Part shown: in pieces, positions 49,823-62,125 of the stretch
How the letters are laid out: each line of letters opens with the position of its first letter
Numbering within the stretch: the first letter of the stretch is position 1
Origin: Bryobacterales bacterium
Lineage (GTDB): Bacteria > Acidobacteriota > Terriglobia > Bryobacterales > UBA6623
NCBI GenBank assembly: GCA_963422375.2
Contig: OY729427.2
Coordinates: 768,001 to 832,000 of the forward strand
DNA: 64,000 nucleotides
Direction of reading: 5' to 3'
Position numbers and translations under genes: made by a program
The notes under the pieces: model-generated
What the model saw: the letters and a program-made list of their open reading frames with translations, nothing else
The model's database searches: none
What the model was told of the DNA's origin: nothing

Positions 49823-51008
49823 CCCTCGGGCGACGGACCGCCCGGGCCTCGGTCGGACTCGCCAGGTCGTAGATCCGCCCCCGCCAGGCGATGCGACGCG
49901 TGAGGGCGGACCGCAGGAAGGCGTGCAGCCAGACCCAAGTGGCCAGCGGCGTCATCCAGAAGTAGACCCAGCCGTAGCGCTCCAGCCAGCCCTCGCGCTC
50001 GGGGAACACCAGCGCGCAGACGTAGGCGCGCATCCCGCCCTTCGCCATTCCGGGCAGCAGGATCAGCAGCAGGGCGGCGAGCCCGACCGGATTCCCCTGC
50101 AGTGCCTGCAGCAGGCACAGCGCCTGCGCCCCGCAGTAGGCCACATGGCTGACGCATCCGGCCAGCCACGTCCGGAACCGGTAGACGCGCATGATCGTCA
50201 GCTGCCGCACGGTCCAGGACAGGAACTCGGACCGGCCGCACTGCCCGGTCGAGGCGACCATGGCCTCAGGCGCGAACCGGATGCCGAGGCCGGCCGCGCT
50301 CAGCGCGTCGCTCAGGCGCAGGTCGTCGCTGACCGCTCCCCGCCAGAAGTCGCGGACCCGGGCCGAGTCGAACACGGAGCGGCGCAGGGCCGTGCCCCCG
50401 CCCCACGCGAAGCTCCGGCCGTTCCGGTCCATGATGGTGGTCACGGCGGAATCCCACACGCTGCGGAGCAGCGGCCAGAATCCGCCTTCCTCCGGAAAGT
50501 GCCAGCGGTAGGCCGTGACCGCCCCGAGCGCGGGGTCGGCCAGGGGGGCGACGAGCTTCCGCAGCCAGCCCGGCGTGACCTCGCCGTCCGAGTCCGCGAA
50601 GACCAGCACCTCCGCGCCATCACCCGCCGCATCAACCCCGGCGAGCAGGTTGTGAACCTTCTCGCCGGTTCCGGGAGGCGGCTCGCCCGCGACCGCCACG
50701 CGGCAGCCGGGCCCGAGCGCGAGGCGGGCCGCTCCGAGAGCCGGGTCGGACGCGTCGGCGCAGCAGACCACGACCTGGTAGCGCGGGTAGTCCTGCAAGG
50801 CGAGGGACGCAAGATTCGCCGCCAGGCCGTGCTCGGCGCCCTTGACGGGCACGACCAGCGCTACCGCGGGGAGCTCGCGGTCGGGAACGCGAGGCGGGTC
50901 GCGCAGGCGGTCCTCGACGTAGTCGAGAAAATCGCGGCCGCTCTTGGCGGACAGCAGCGCGCCGACGCAGGCCGGAACGGCGAAGAGCCAGAACAGCGCG
51001 TCAAGCAC
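49797..51008 (-). CDS. Glycosyltransferase family 2/21 (ceramide glucosyltransferase/HpnI-like)
   Basis: VPVKG, GEKVHNL, VFADSD, AWGG, SDD, W..RQ; N- and C-terminal TM helices. Confidence 0.85.
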   Translation of the reverse strand: MLDALFWLFAVPACVGALLSAKSGRDFLDYVEDRLRDPPRVPDRELPAVALVVPVKGAEHGLAANLASLALQDYPRYQVVVCCADASDPALGAARLALGPGCRVAVAGEPPPGTGEKVHNLLAGVDAAGDGAEVLVFADSDGEVTPGWLRKLVAPLADPALGAVTAYRWHFPEEGGFWPLLRSVWDSAVTTIMDRNGRSFAWGGGTALRRSVFDSARVRDFWRGAVSDDLRLSDALSAAGLGIRFAPEAMVASTGQCGRSEFLSWTVRQLTIMRVYRFRTWLAGCVSHVAYCGAQALCLLQALQGNPVGLAALLLILLPGMAKGGMRAYVCALVFPEREGWLERYGWVYFWMTPLATWVWLHAFLRSALTRRIAWRGRIYDLASPTEARAVRRPRATPAPPSE

Positions 51009-51091
51009 GTCGGAGCATAGCACGCGCGGCGGTCCCCCGCCGGGCGGCTCGGGAGGCGGGGGCGCCGCTCGGCCGTGATACGTTGGCTTGC

Positions 51092-52642
<1,551 letters not shown>

Positions 52643-52667
52643 GATCGCGGCAGGCCCTGACCCGTCG

Positions 52668-53087
52668 CTAGCCCTGCTCGAGCGCGCTGAAGAAGAACGC
52701 CCGCTCGGCGACCGCGGTCCCGGGGGCGTCGGAGCCGTGGATGGCATTCCTCTCGATGTCGGTGCCGAAGAGGTTCCGGATCGTGCCCTCGGCCGCCTGC
52801 AGCGAGTTCGTGGCTCCCATGACCTCGCGCAGCGCCGCGACCGCGCCGTCGCGCTCGAGCACCATCGCGACGATCGGGCCCGATGTCATGAATGCGACCA
52901 GGCTGTCGAAGAAGGGCCGCTCCCGATGCACGGCGTAGAAGCTGCGGGCCCGCGCCTCGCTGAGCGTGAGCTTCTTCATGGCGACGATCACAAAGCCTTC
53001 CCGCTCGAGGCGTGCGATGATACGGCCCGCGTTTCCGGCGGCGACGGCATCCGGCTTGATGATGCTCAGCGTTCGTTCGATTTGCAT
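52668..53087 (-). CDS. ndk: Nucleoside diphosphate kinase
   Basis: ERTLSIIKPD, FY.VH.ERPFF, GTIR, NAIHGSD. Confidence 0.97.
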   Translation of the reverse strand: MQIERTLSIIKPDAVAAGNAGRIIARLEREGFVIVAMKKLTLSEARARSFYAVHRERPFFDSLVAFMTSGPIVAMVLERDGAVAALREVMGATNSLQAAEGTIRNLFGTDIERNAIHGSDAPGTAVAERAFFFSALEQG

Positions 53088-53140
53088 CGGCTCCTCCCAC
53101 GGCCCGCCGGGCGACGGGCACATTGCGACGGACCGGCCGA

Positions 53141-54004
53141 CTACAGCAGCCCGGCCAGCGTGGACGCAAGCTCCGCCGGGGTGGGAGCCACCGCGATGCC
53201 CGCCGCTTCCATCGCCGCCTGCTTGGCTCCGGCGGTGCCCTTGCCTCCGGAAATGATCGCCCCCGCGTGCCCCATGCGGCGCCCGGGGGGTGCCGTGGCC
53301 CCGGCGATGAAGCCGGCGATGGGCTTGCTGAAACCGCGCTGGACCCACTCGGCGGCTTCCTCTTCGGCCGATCCCCCGATCTCGCCGATCATGATGACGC
53401 CGTTCGTGGCGGGGTCGCGGTTGAACAGGTCCAGCACGTCGATGAAGCTCGTGCCGATGATCGGGTCGCCGCCGATCCCGATGCAGGTAGACTGCCCGAT
53501 TCCCATGCCGGTGAGCTGGCCCACCGCCTCGTAGGTCAGCGTCCCGGATCGCGAGACCACGCCGACCGCCCCTTGGCGATGGATGTGACCCGGCATGATG
53601 CCCAGCTTGCACCTGCCCGGCGAGATCACGCCGGGGCAGTTCGGCCCGACCAGGCGCGTGCGGCTGCCCCGCAGGGCCGCAGCGACGGAGATCATGTCGC
53701 GGACGGGAATGCCTTCGGTGATGCAGGCGACCAGGCCGATCTCGGATTCCACCGCTTCCAGAATCGCGTCCCCCGCCGCCGGCGCCGGGACGAATATGAT
53801 CGAGGCGTTCGGGCGGGCCTGCTCGACGGCCGCGCGCATCGAGTCGAACACCGGGAATCCGAGGGCCGTCTGACCGCCCCGCCCGGGATGGACGCCGGCC
53901 ACGACGTTCGCCCCGAAGCGCATGCACTGGTCGGCATGGAACAGGCCGGCCCTGCCCAGCCCTTGGACGGCGACACGGGTCTCTTCGTTGACTAGGATGC
54001 TCAT
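53141..54004 (-). CDS. sucD: Succinyl-CoA synthetase alpha subunit
   Basis: [34 protein letters not shown]. Confidence 0.97.
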   Translation of the reverse strand: MSILVNEETRVAVQGLGRAGLFHADQCMRFGANVVAGVHPGRGGQTALGFPVFDSMRAAVEQARPNASIIFVPAPAAGDAILEAVESEIGLVACITEGIPVRDMISVAAALRGSRTRLVGPNCPGVISPGRCKLGIMPGHIHRQGAVGVVSRSGTLTYEAVGQLTGMGIGQSTCIGIGGDPIIGTSFIDVLDLFNRDPATNGVIMIGEIGGSAEEEAAEWVQRGFSKPIAGFIAGATAPPGRRMGHAGAIISGGKGTAGAKQAAMEAAGIAVAPTPAELASTLAGLL

Positions 54005-54017
54005 GGCTGCTCGCCCG

Positions 54018-55172
54018 CTACGCGGCCCTCGCGACGGCCTGGGTCGCGGCTTCTTTCATGTCGGGAGCGACGATGAAGTCGAGTCCCGAGCTGGCGAGAA
54101 TCTCGCGGCCCTGCTCGACGTTGGTCCCCTCCAGGCGCAGCACGATCGGCACGCCGATCGCCAGCTCCCTGGCCGCGGCCACGATGCCCTCCGCGAGGAC
54201 GTCGACCTTGAGGATCCCGCCGAAGATGTTGACGAGAATGGCCTTCACGTTCGGGTCGGACAGGATGATTCGGAAGCCGTTCTTGATCTGCTCCGTGTTC
54301 GCGCCGCCGCCGACGTCGAGGAAGTTCGCCGGCATGCCGCCCGCGTACTGGATGATGTCCATCGTGGCCATCGCCAGCCCGGCCCCGTTTACCATGCATC
54401 CCACGTTGCCGTCCAGCTTGATGTAGTTGAGAGCGTGGTCGATGGCGTCCGTCTCGAGGGGCTCCTCCTCGTCGAGATCCCGCAGCCGGACTAGGTCGGG
54501 ATGGCGGAACAGCGCGCTGTCGTCGATGTCCATCTTGGCGTCCAGCGCGACGGCGCGGCCGTCACTTGTCAGCACGAAGGGATTGATCTCGACAAGAGAG
54601 GCGTCCGCCTCGCCGTAAGCCCTGGCCAGGGCCTGGATGGCCTGCAGGGTCGGCTTGAGGAGATCGCCTCCGATACCCAGCCCGAAGGCGAGGCGCCGCG
54701 CGCGGTACGGGCGCAGCCCGCTCTCGTCCAAGGCCTCCCGCAGGATGGCCTGCGGGTTGCGGGCGGCGACAACCTCGATTTCCATGCCGCCTTCGGCGGA
54801 CGCCATGAATGTCGGCCGGGCCAGCGAGCGGTCCAGCGTGATCCCGAGGTAGATCTCGCGCTCGATCGGGAGCTGCTCCTCGACCAGCACGCGCTTGACC
54901 AGCCGGCCCGCCGGGCCGGTCTGGTGGGTCACCAAGTTCATGCCGAGGATGCGGGCCGCCTGGCGCTCGGCCTCGCCGGCGCTGGCGGCGAGCTGGACGC
55001 CCCCACCCTTGCCACGCCCGCCGGCGTGGATCTGCGCCTTCACGACCACCTTCCCTCCGAGCCGCTCGGCCGCCTCGCGCGCCTCGGAGGGGGAAGCCGC
55101 GACGATGCCCCGCGGCGTCGGCACGCCGTACGCGCGCAGGACCCCCTTGGCCTGGTATTCGTGAATCTTCAT
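54018..55172 (-). CDS. sucC: Succinyl-CoA synthetase beta subunit
   Basis: [47 protein letters not shown]. Confidence 0.97.
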   Translation of the reverse strand: MKIHEYQAKGVLRAYGVPTPRGIVAASPSEAREAAERLGGKVVVKAQIHAGGRGKGGGVQLAASAGEAERQAARILGMNLVTHQTGPAGRLVKRVLVEEQLPIEREIYLGITLDRSLARPTFMASAEGGMEIEVVAARNPQAILREALDESGLRPYRARRLAFGLGIGGDLLKPTLQAIQALARAYGEADASLVEINPFVLTSDGRAVALDAKMDIDDSALFRHPDLVRLRDLDEEEPLETDAIDHALNYIKLDGNVGCMVNGAGLAMATMDIIQYAGGMPANFLDVGGGANTEQIKNGFRIILSDPNVKAILVNIFGGILKVDVLAEGIVAAARELAIGVPIVLRLEGTNVEQGREILASSGLDFIVAPDMKEAATQAVARAA

Positions 55173-55307
55173 GCGCGGACTCCGGCTGGGTATGATCAGG
55201 GGCGACCGGCGGCGCCCGAAATCCTACTACAGAGAGCGTAGAAAGCGATTGTACCGAATCTGTTGCGGCGCTCGACTGCGCGTCTCGAACCCCGGAGGAC
55301 GGAGACT

Positions 55308-56546
55308 ATGACGGCTACGGTCACCTTCCAAGAGCGCGGGTACTGTCGCAAGCCGGGATACCCTCGCACCGATGCCGCGCTAGGCTGGTTGCGCTGGCTC
55401 TACAACACGACGCTAGCCGAGAGGAAGACGGCCAGGGAGGAGCGCTCCGAGTCGGTCACGTACCTCGACCGATGCGGAGGCCTGCCCCGGCTTCGCAAGG
55501 CGGAGCCCGAGCAGCTCGGCAGCCTCTACGGAAGAGTGCTCGAAGCCAAGCCGTCTCGCGTGGACATGGTGTTCGAGGCCTTCTTCCGCAGGGTCGAGGC
55601 CGGCGATCGGCCGGGCTATCCGCGCTTCGAGCCTGCGAGCCGCTTCCGCGCGATTGAGTGCTTGCGTCCTCGGAAGCTGCGGGCACGCGGCAACGGTCGC
55701 TACCTCCTGCGGATCATGTGTCTTCCGAGAGAAGCCGTCAAGCCGCGGCAGGAGCTTCCAGGTATCAAGCCGAAGTTCGTCCGCATCGCGCGCACGGACT
55801 GGGCCAGCAACCTGGAATTGGTGTTCGACGGCATCTGCAAGCAGCCGCTGGCTCCGAGCGAGTCGGCCGCGGCCATCGGCCTCGGCGTGACGGATCAACG
55901 GGCCACCGGCGACGGCGAGCGGCTCGAGGGAGTCGACGACTCGGCTCATCGGAAGACGGTGCGCAAGCGACAGCGGGCGGTCGCTCGCTGCAGGAAGGGC
56001 AGCCGGACTCGCAGGAACCGCGTGCGGTCCCCGGGTAAGGCGCACGGTATGCGGCATCTGTCGAAGCGAAATGCCTGCGATCGCACGTCCCCTCGCCTTG
56101 TCCGCCGGCACGGCACGCTGGTTGACGAGGACTTGCCGATCCACAGCATGCCGCGTTCCGCGAACGCCACGGCCGAGGCGCCCGGAACGAACGGCAGGCA
56201 GAAGGCTGGACAGAATCGCTCGCTTCCGCGCCAGAGCCGGGGATCGCCGCTGGAGCAGCTTGCAGACAAGCCAGAGTGGGCCGGTCGCAGGTTCGAGCGA
56301 GTCAATCCCGGCTATACGTCGCAGCGGTGCCATCGCTGCGGCGAGGATGAGACGCGCCATCGCCAAGGCAAGCCGTACGCGTCCAAGCGCTGCGGATTCT
56401 CCCGCGATGCGGACGTAAGCGTCGCGATCAGCGCCTTGCAGGCCGTGAACTCGCCCGCGGTAGCTTCCAACCGCGGCAATGGCCGCGGTGCTGCCGGAAT
56501 TCGCTTGAGTCGGCATCGAGCCTTGAGGCGTTCGGTATACCGGTAG
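55308..56546 (+). mobile_element. tnpB: IS200/IS605-family TnpB, RuvC-degenerate, no adjacent TnpA
   Basis: LYN..L.ER, FFRRV..G..PGYPRF, RKGS..R, EDL.I..M.RSA..T...PG.N.RQKAG.NRS, VNPGYTSQRCHRCG; RuvC-I reads AIGLG instead of GIDLG. Confidence 0.88.
56455..56546 (+). ncRNA. Possible omegaRNA/right-end scaffold of the TnpB element
   Basis: Hairpins CCGCGGT-N8-ACCGCGG and TGCCGGAATTC-GCTT-GAGTCGGCA at the tnpB 3' end, where omegaRNAs are encoded; boundaries unknown. Confidence 0.35.
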
Positions 56547-56567
56547 AAGAAGTCGGAAGGCAATCCC

Positions 56568-57605
56568 ATGCCCGCGGTCCAAGCAGCGCTGCACCGAGCC
56601 GCCGACCGGCAGGATCTGCAGGAGAGGCAGGCCCATGCCGCGATGCTGTCGATCCTGCGGGGCGAGTCAACGCCCGTCCTGACGGCCGCCCTGCTGGCCG
56701 CCCTGCGCGCGAAGGGCGAGACGGCGGCCGAGTTGACGGGCTTCGCGCGAGCGATGCGCGAGAACGCGGTCAGGGTCCGGCCCCGCTCGACGCCGCCCGA
56801 GCGTCTCGTGGACACTTGCGGCACCGGCGGCGACGGCGGATCCACCTTCAACATCTCCACGGCGGCGGCGCTAGTGGCGGCCGGGGCGGGCCTGGCCGTG
56901 GCCAAGCACGGCAACCGGTCCGTGTCGAGCCGGTGCGGCTCGGCCGACGTGCTGGAAGCCCTCGGAGTCCGGGTCGGGCTCGGTGCCGAGCAGGTCGCTC
57001 GATCGATCGACGAGACGGGCATCGGCTTCCTCTTCGCGCCCGCGCTGCATCCGGCCATGCGCCACGCCGGGCCGGTGCGGCGGGAGCTGGGCATGAGGAC
57101 GGTGTTCAACCTGCTCGGTCCGCTGTGCAACCCGGCCGCAGCTGCGGTGCAGGTCGTCGGCGTCTACGAAGACCGGGCGGTGGCGCTGGTGGCCGAGGCG
57201 CTCGCCCGGCTCGGCGCGCGACGGGCCCTGGTCGTTCACGGGAGCGACGGCATGGACGAGATCACCCTGACGGGACCGACCCGCTTCGCCGAGGTCCGGG
57301 ACGGCCGCGTCCGGCACGGCAGCGTGGAGCCGGCCGACTTCGGTCTGCCGGCCGTCGGCGGCGGTTTCGAGGGGGGCGACGCGATGGCCAATGCGGCGAC
57401 GGTCCGCGCCGTGCTGGACGGCCGGCCGGGGCCCGCCAGGGATATCGTGGTCATGAATGCCGGAGCGGTGCTCGGCGCCGCCGGCGCGGCGGGAAGCTGG
57501 CGCGAGGGCGCGGAGCGCGCCGCGGCAGCCATCGACACCGGAGCCGCCGCCGCCAAGCTGGCCGAGCTGGCGGCGTTCTCCCAACGCCTCGCCGCGACGC
57601 CCTGA
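56568..57605 (+). CDS. trpD: Anthranilate phosphoribosyltransferase
   Basis: DTCGTGGDG..TFNIST, KHGNRSVSS..GSADVLE, RTVFNLLGP, GMDE. Confidence 0.97.
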   Translation: MPAVQAALHRAADRQDLQERQAHAAMLSILRGESTPVLTAALLAALRAKGETAAELTGFARAMRENAVRVRPRSTPPERLVDTCGTGGDGGSTFNISTAAALVAAGAGLAVAKHGNRSVSSRCGSADVLEALGVRVGLGAEQVARSIDETGIGFLFAPALHPAMRHAGPVRRELGMRTVFNLLGPLCNPAAAAVQVVGVYEDRAVALVAEALARLGARRALVVHGSDGMDEITLTGPTRFAEVRDGRVRHGSVEPADFGLPAVGGGFEGGDAMANAATVRAVLDGRPGPARDIVVMNAGAVLGAAGAAGSWREGAERAAAAIDTGAAAAKLAELAAFSQRLAATP

Positions 57606-57629
57606 TCCCCGACCGAGTCGGAGCTCGGG

Positions 57630-58652
57630 CTAGCGGCCCGCCCCGTCGGCCAGGCGGTCCTCGAGCTTCTCGATGTGCCGGGCAAGCGCCGCCGCGACCC
57701 GCGCGGGCATTCTCTCGAACCGGTCCTCGCCCCCTGCCCGCTTGCGCTCCACCTCGCGGAACGCCGCCAAGGCCGCCTGATCGTCCCCCGCGGCCTCGCT
57801 CATCGCAGCTGTCTCGAGCGCGAACGTGTACGCCCGCGGGAAGTCGTCCGCGAGCGAGCGAAACAGCGCCGCGGCCTCGGCCGGCCGCCGCTCGCGGCGA
57901 TGCAGTAGCGCGAGGAGGAGGCGCGCGTCGTCGCGGTTCTGCTGCCCCTCGCTCGCAACGCGCGCGATCATGCCGGCGCCGCGCTTGCGGTTGCCGCGAT
58001 AGCCGCTCAGCGCGATGACCGCGCGCGCCGCCCACGGAAGACTCCCGAGAATGTACTCGTCGACCCCGGCTACGAGCAGACCGTCCACGAATTCCGGGTA
58101 GAGGCTGCACACGCGGTAGCTCGCCGCCCTGGCCCGCCGGCCGCTTGCCAGCGCGGCAAGGTACGACTTGGCGACCAGGAACTCGAAGCTCGCCCGCAGC
58201 GCGAGGACCTGCGCGAGGACGTGCAGCGCCTCCCGGTCGTCCGGAACGGACTGCAGGCGGCGCTCGCAGGCCGCCCGAGCCCGCGCGAAGGCCTCGCGAA
58301 GGGACCGGTTGATCTGCGGGTCGCGCTTCGCCTTTGGGACAGAGTTGTAGGCTTCATCGCCGCGAAAGGCGCTCGTGCCGATCAGTCCGAGCCGGCCGAG
58401 CTCGTGCGATAGCAGGGCCTTGGCCAAGAGCATGCGGGCACGCACGTCCCGCGGGTCCTCCTCGACCAGCCGCTCGAACCAGCGGACCGCCTCGGCGTGC
58501 TCCCGGTTGAAGAAGTAGTCGTGGCCGGGGACGTAGCGGTCCGACGCCACTCCGGCTCGGACCCCGAGCAGCACCAAGGCCGCGAGGCATGCCAAGGACG
58601 CCCGCGGCAGGCACTCGCGCCTAGCAGAGTACAAGAACCTCCAGGATGGCAT
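57630..58652 (-). CDS. Exported alpha-helical TPR-like hypothetical protein
   Basis: N-terminal hydrophobic segment, Ala/Leu-rich helical repeats, Y..GSLPW..G..GNR..G motif. Confidence 0.65.
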   Translation of the reverse strand: MPSWRFLYSARRECLPRASLACLAALVLLGVRAGVASDRYVPGHDYFFNREHAEAVRWFERLVEEDPRDVRARMLLAKALLSHELGRLGLIGTSAFRGDEAYNSVPKAKRDPQINRSLREAFARARAACERRLQSVPDDREALHVLAQVLALRASFEFLVAKSYLAALASGRRARAASYRVCSLYPEFVDGLLVAGVDEYILGSLPWAARAVIALSGYRGNRKRGAGMIARVASEGQQNRDDARLLLALLHRRERRPAEAAALFRSLADDFPRAYTFALETAAMSEAAGDDQAALAAFREVERKRAGGEDRFERMPARVAAALARHIEKLEDRLADGAGR

Positions 58653-59316
58653 CCCTCTTCAGATAGAAATGCACGGCGCGCGCCTGAGGGAACAGGGTCT
58701 CGAGCTTGCGAGTGCTGAACTCCTGGGAGGGCCGGCGACGACCGACCTCGCGCAGAGAGAAGGTGCTCTCGGAGTGGATCGAACAATTCAAGGCCGGGAT
58801 CGGCTCCACGCTCGACTCGCCGTGAAACAGGCAGAAGATCATGCCGCTCGGGCGCAAGATCTTGGCGCAGTGGGCGATCGTCACCCTCATCGCCCCTTGA
58901 TCGAGGTGCTGCAGGACATCCCATGCGAGCACCGCATGGAAGCTGTTCGGAGCGAAGTCCAGATTCATCCGTACGATTCGGCGCGCCGCTTCCACGGAGA
59001 CCTGGCCGTTCTCGTCAGCGAGCTCGGCCTTTGCCCTGTCAAACGTGTGCAGCAAGCTGACAAAGTTGATCCGGTGGCCCTGGCCGCCCACGAACCACGC
59101 CGTCCCCTCCGACAGCATCCCCAAGTCGAGGACCTTGAGATCCTCTACGCCCTCGAGATGGTCGAAGAGGCACCGAAGGCCGTGGCTCTCTCGAATCTGG
59201 GGCGACCCTTCGGACGAAGGCCGCCACGCGCCAGAAGAGTCGGGACTGCGGCTCTCCAGCTCGGCCCGGACGCCGCCGTCCCGCTTTCGGGCACTTCTTG
59301 GACGCAGTTTCAGCAA
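58621..59316 (-). CDS. Class I SAM-dependent methyltransferase-fold protein (atypical motif I)
   Basis: VLDLG (no GxG), F..NSFHAVLAWDVLQHL, KILRPSG. Confidence 0.75.
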   Translation of the reverse strand: MLKLRPRSARKRDGGVRAELESRSPDSSGAWRPSSEGSPQIRESHGLRCLFDHLEGVEDLKVLDLGMLSEGTAWFVGGQGHRINFVSLLHTFDRAKAELADENGQVSVEAARRIVRMNLDFAPNSFHAVLAWDVLQHLDQGAMRVTIAHCAKILRPSGMIFCLFHGESSVEPIPALNCSIHSESTFSLREVGRRRPSQEFSTRKLETLFPQARAVHFYLKRDAILEVLVLC

Positions 59317-59504
59317 CGGAGTGCCTCCTTCGCTAGAACTCGCGCAGCAGGCAGCGCGAGGCGCTTCTCGAGAGCTCCCCCGACGCTCCGTCTCGAGCCC
59401 GGTCCCAGCGGCCTAGGCGCCCGGGAGACGCCGCGCCCGGGCGGGGCGCGAGGCCATCGGATCGCACGAACGCCTGCGGGCCAGCCACGTGTCCGGCCTC
59501 GGTC

Positions 59505-60101
59505 TCATGCCTTGGCAGGCCGGACGAGGGCGGGGCCCGACGGAGCGGGCTTGGCCGCCTTCGTGGCCGACGCGGCCGCAGGCGTCTCGGCACTCGCCGC
59601 GCGCGACACAACGGGGTCACCGTCGCGACCCTTGACCTCGCTAGTCCCGCAAAAGACGGCGCCGTCCTCGACGACGAGCCGCTTTGAGATCAGGTTGCCC
59701 TCCAAGCGCCCCTCCTTCTTGATCTCGATCCGTTCGTGAACGTTCACCTTGCCGTGAAGGGTGCCGCGCAGCAGGAGCGAACGCGCTTCAATCTCGGCAT
59801 GCACCTCGCCGTTCGTGCCGATCAGGAGGCGGTTCTTCGGGATGCTGATCTTGCCCTCGATCAGGCCGTGCACGTCGATATCCTCTTGGGAGTCGATAGT
59901 GCCCCGAAACTTGACCGTCTTCCCGATCACGGAGTTCTGCTGGGCCCTGGGCTCGGCGGTGCGTTCCGATCTCGGTTGCGCGACTGGGGCGTCGGCCTCC
60001 CTGGGCGGGGGCTGGGGCGTTACAGGCGCACGACGGGGCAGCGGATCCGCTTTCTCGGCGCCTGCGGACTGATCCGGGCCTCTTCGTCCCCACATACTCA
60101 T
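59505..60101 (-). CDS. Bactofilin (polymer-forming cytoskeletal protein)
   Basis: SVIGKTVKFRGTI..EDI.VHG.IEGKI...G.L.GN..S.RL.VEDGAVF.G core with Pro-rich disordered flanks. Confidence 0.93.
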   Translation of the reverse strand: MSMWGRRGPDQSAGAEKADPLPRRAPVTPQPPPREADAPVAQPRSERTAEPRAQQNSVIGKTVKFRGTIDSQEDIDVHGLIEGKISIPKNRLLIGTNGEVHAEIEARSLLLRGTLHGKVNVHERIEIKKEGRLEGNLISKRLVVEDGAVFCGTSEVKGRDGDPVVSRAASAETPAAASATKAAKPAPSGPALVRPAKA

Positions 60102-60183
60102 GATTTCATCCTGTCCCTCTCTGCCGCGTTGCGACTCGCCAGAAACCAATCAGTATAGCCAGACACGAGCGCCGACGGAGTGT

Positions 60184-60212
60184 TTGACGGAACATCAATG
60201 GTAGGCTACGCT
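60184..60212 (+). promoter_or_regulatory. Sigma70-like promoter TTGACG-N17-TACGCT
   Basis: 17-nt spacing, 27 nt before ATG 60240. Confidence 0.55.
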
Positions 60213-60239
60213 CGGAACTTCGGGGCCGCACTCCCTCCC

Positions 60240-61250
60240 ATGCATGCATTCGAACTGACACGGGCGCTGATCGACATCGAATCCGTCACCCCAAACGAGC
60301 GCGAAATCGGGGATTTCTTGTTCGAGCACCTGTATCCACTGGCAGAGCGGCATGGCGGGAAGATCGAGAGGCAGGAGGTCGAGCCGGGCCGCAACAACGT
60401 CTGGGCTCGCTGGGGCGAGCCGGAGGTGGTGTTCTCCACGCACATGGACACCGTGCCGCCGTTTATCCCGTCAAGGGAGGACGACGAGTTCATCTGGGGG
60501 CGCGGCGCCTGCGACACCCACGGCATTGCCGCTGCGATGATCAACGCCGTGGAATCGCTGCTCGAGGACGGCCTGCAAGGCCTCGGCATCCTGCTGGTCG
60601 TGGGCGAGGAAGTCGACGGGGCCGGCGCGCGGCACGCCAACTCGCGGCCGCCGCGGGCTAGGTACCTAATCAACGGCGAACCCACGGAGAACCTGCTGGC
60701 CCTCGCGTCCAAGGGCACGCTGGGCCTGCGGATCCGGGCCTCGGGGCGCGCGTGCCATTCGGCGTACCCCGAACTCGGCGTGTCCGCCACCGACATCCTG
60801 CTGGACAGGCTGAATCGCCTGCGGGCGATCGACTGGCCGTCCGACCCGCTGCTGGGGGAGACGACCCTAAACGTCGGCACGCTCGAGGCCGGGCCGGCGG
60901 CGAACATCGTCGCCGACTACGCCGTCGCGTCAGTCGTCATCCGAGTCGTGGCCGACCTAGCCGCCACCAAGGCGCTCGCTTTTTCCGCGCTCGACGGGGT
61001 GGACGTGGAGGTGTTCTCGTACACGCCCGCTCTCCGCCTCCACGCCCTGGAGGGTTTCGAGACGTCGATCGTCAAGTACACGACCGATATCCCGAAGCTG
61101 ACGAACTGGGGTCGGCCGCTGCTGGTCGGACCCGGATCGATTCACCACGCGCATACGGTCGACGAGCGGATTCCCAAGGCCCAAATCGTGGAGGCGATCG
61201 ACCTGTACAAGCGGCTCGCCCTCTCGCTGAAGGGGGCGGGAAGGGGCTAA
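60240..61250 (+). CDS. M20 family metallo-amidohydrolase (ArgE/DapE-like)
   Basis: STHMDTVPP, GRGACD, GEE, GEPT, GPGSI..AHT.DE. Confidence 0.9.
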   Translation: MHAFELTRALIDIESVTPNEREIGDFLFEHLYPLAERHGGKIERQEVEPGRNNVWARWGEPEVVFSTHMDTVPPFIPSREDDEFIWGRGACDTHGIAAAMINAVESLLEDGLQGLGILLVVGEEVDGAGARHANSRPPRARYLINGEPTENLLALASKGTLGLRIRASGRACHSAYPELGVSATDILLDRLNRLRAIDWPSDPLLGETTLNVGTLEAGPAANIVADYAVASVVIRVVADLAATKALAFSALDGVDVEVFSYTPALRLHALEGFETSIVKYTTDIPKLTNWGRPLLVGPGSIHHAHTVDERIPKAQIVEAIDLYKRLALSLKGAGRG

Positions 61251-61258
61251 TCGGCTCG

Positions 61259-62005
61259 ATGCGGCAGGGCTACCGCATCTTCGACACCCACACGCACCTC
61301 GGGCGGGCACGGCACTCGGGGCGCGTGGCCGCCGCCGCCGACCTGCTCCGCGCCATGGACGCGGCGGGCGTGGACCGGTCGCTGCTGATTCCCTTCCCGG
61401 TGGTCGACGACTGCCGCAGGGAGCACGACGAGATCGGAGCCGCGATTCGCGCTCATCCGGACCGATTCGCCGGGGCTGCCTGCATGGACCCCTTCGTGCC
61501 CGAAGCCGAGTTCCGGAGCGAAGTCCGGCGCTGCCGAGAGCGCCACGGCTTCCGGGCGCTGAAGTTCCAGCCGCAGTACCAAGGCCTGAACCCCCTGTCC
61601 GAGCGCAGCGGCTTCCTGTTCGAGACCGCGCTCGAGAACGAGCTCGCGCTGGTCTGCCACACGGGCGCGGGCGCTCCGTTCGCGCTCCCCTCGCTGTATA
61701 TCCACCCCGCCCGGCGGTTCCCGGATCTGCGTATCGTGCTGGGCCACGCCGGCGGAGGCATCTACGCTCTCGAAGCGGCGGTCGCCGCCTCGGTCTGCCC
61801 GAACATCTATGTCGAGCTCTCCACGCTCACTCCGCATGCCGTGCTCGAGATCATGCAGCACGTCCCGTCGGACCGACTGATGGCCGGGTCGGACCTGCCG
61901 GAAAGCGTGGAGACCGAGATCGGAAAGATCCTGACGCTGCCCATCGCGGCCGCCGAGAAGCGCGCGATCCTCTGGGAAACGCCGACGGAGGTCTTCGGGG
62001 AATGA
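61259..62005 (+). CDS. Amidohydrolase_2 family protein
   Basis: DTHTH, HTG, LGHAG, GSD metal-binding motifs. Confidence 0.88.
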   Translation: MRQGYRIFDTHTHLGRARHSGRVAAAADLLRAMDAAGVDRSLLIPFPVVDDCRREHDEIGAAIRAHPDRFAGAACMDPFVPEAEFRSEVRRCRERHGFRALKFQPQYQGLNPLSERSGFLFETALENELALVCHTGAGAPFALPSLYIHPARRFPDLRIVLGHAGGGIYALEAAVAASVCPNIYVELSTLTPHAVLEIMQHVPSDRLMAGSDLPESVETEIGKILTLPIAAAEKRAILWETPTEVFGE

Positions 62006-62059
62006 CGGCGCCAGCGACGCGTCTCTCGACGGCCGGGCCTCTCGCCGCGCCCCGCGGGA

Positions 62060-62088
62060 TTGATCCGGCGGATACCGTCTGCGATACT
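62060..62088 (+). promoter_or_regulatory. Sigma70-like promoter of infA (TTGATC-N17-GATACT, extended TG)
   Basis: 17-nt spacing; AAGGA RBS downstream. Confidence 0.5.
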
Positions 62089-62125
62089 CGTATCTAACCG
62101 ACGGAGCGCGAATTCAAGGAACTGC

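Noticed and set aside
55308..56546. Cas12f / type V CRISPR effector
   Set aside because: There is no repeat-spacer array or cas gene in the window, and the motifs fit IS200/IS605 TnpB
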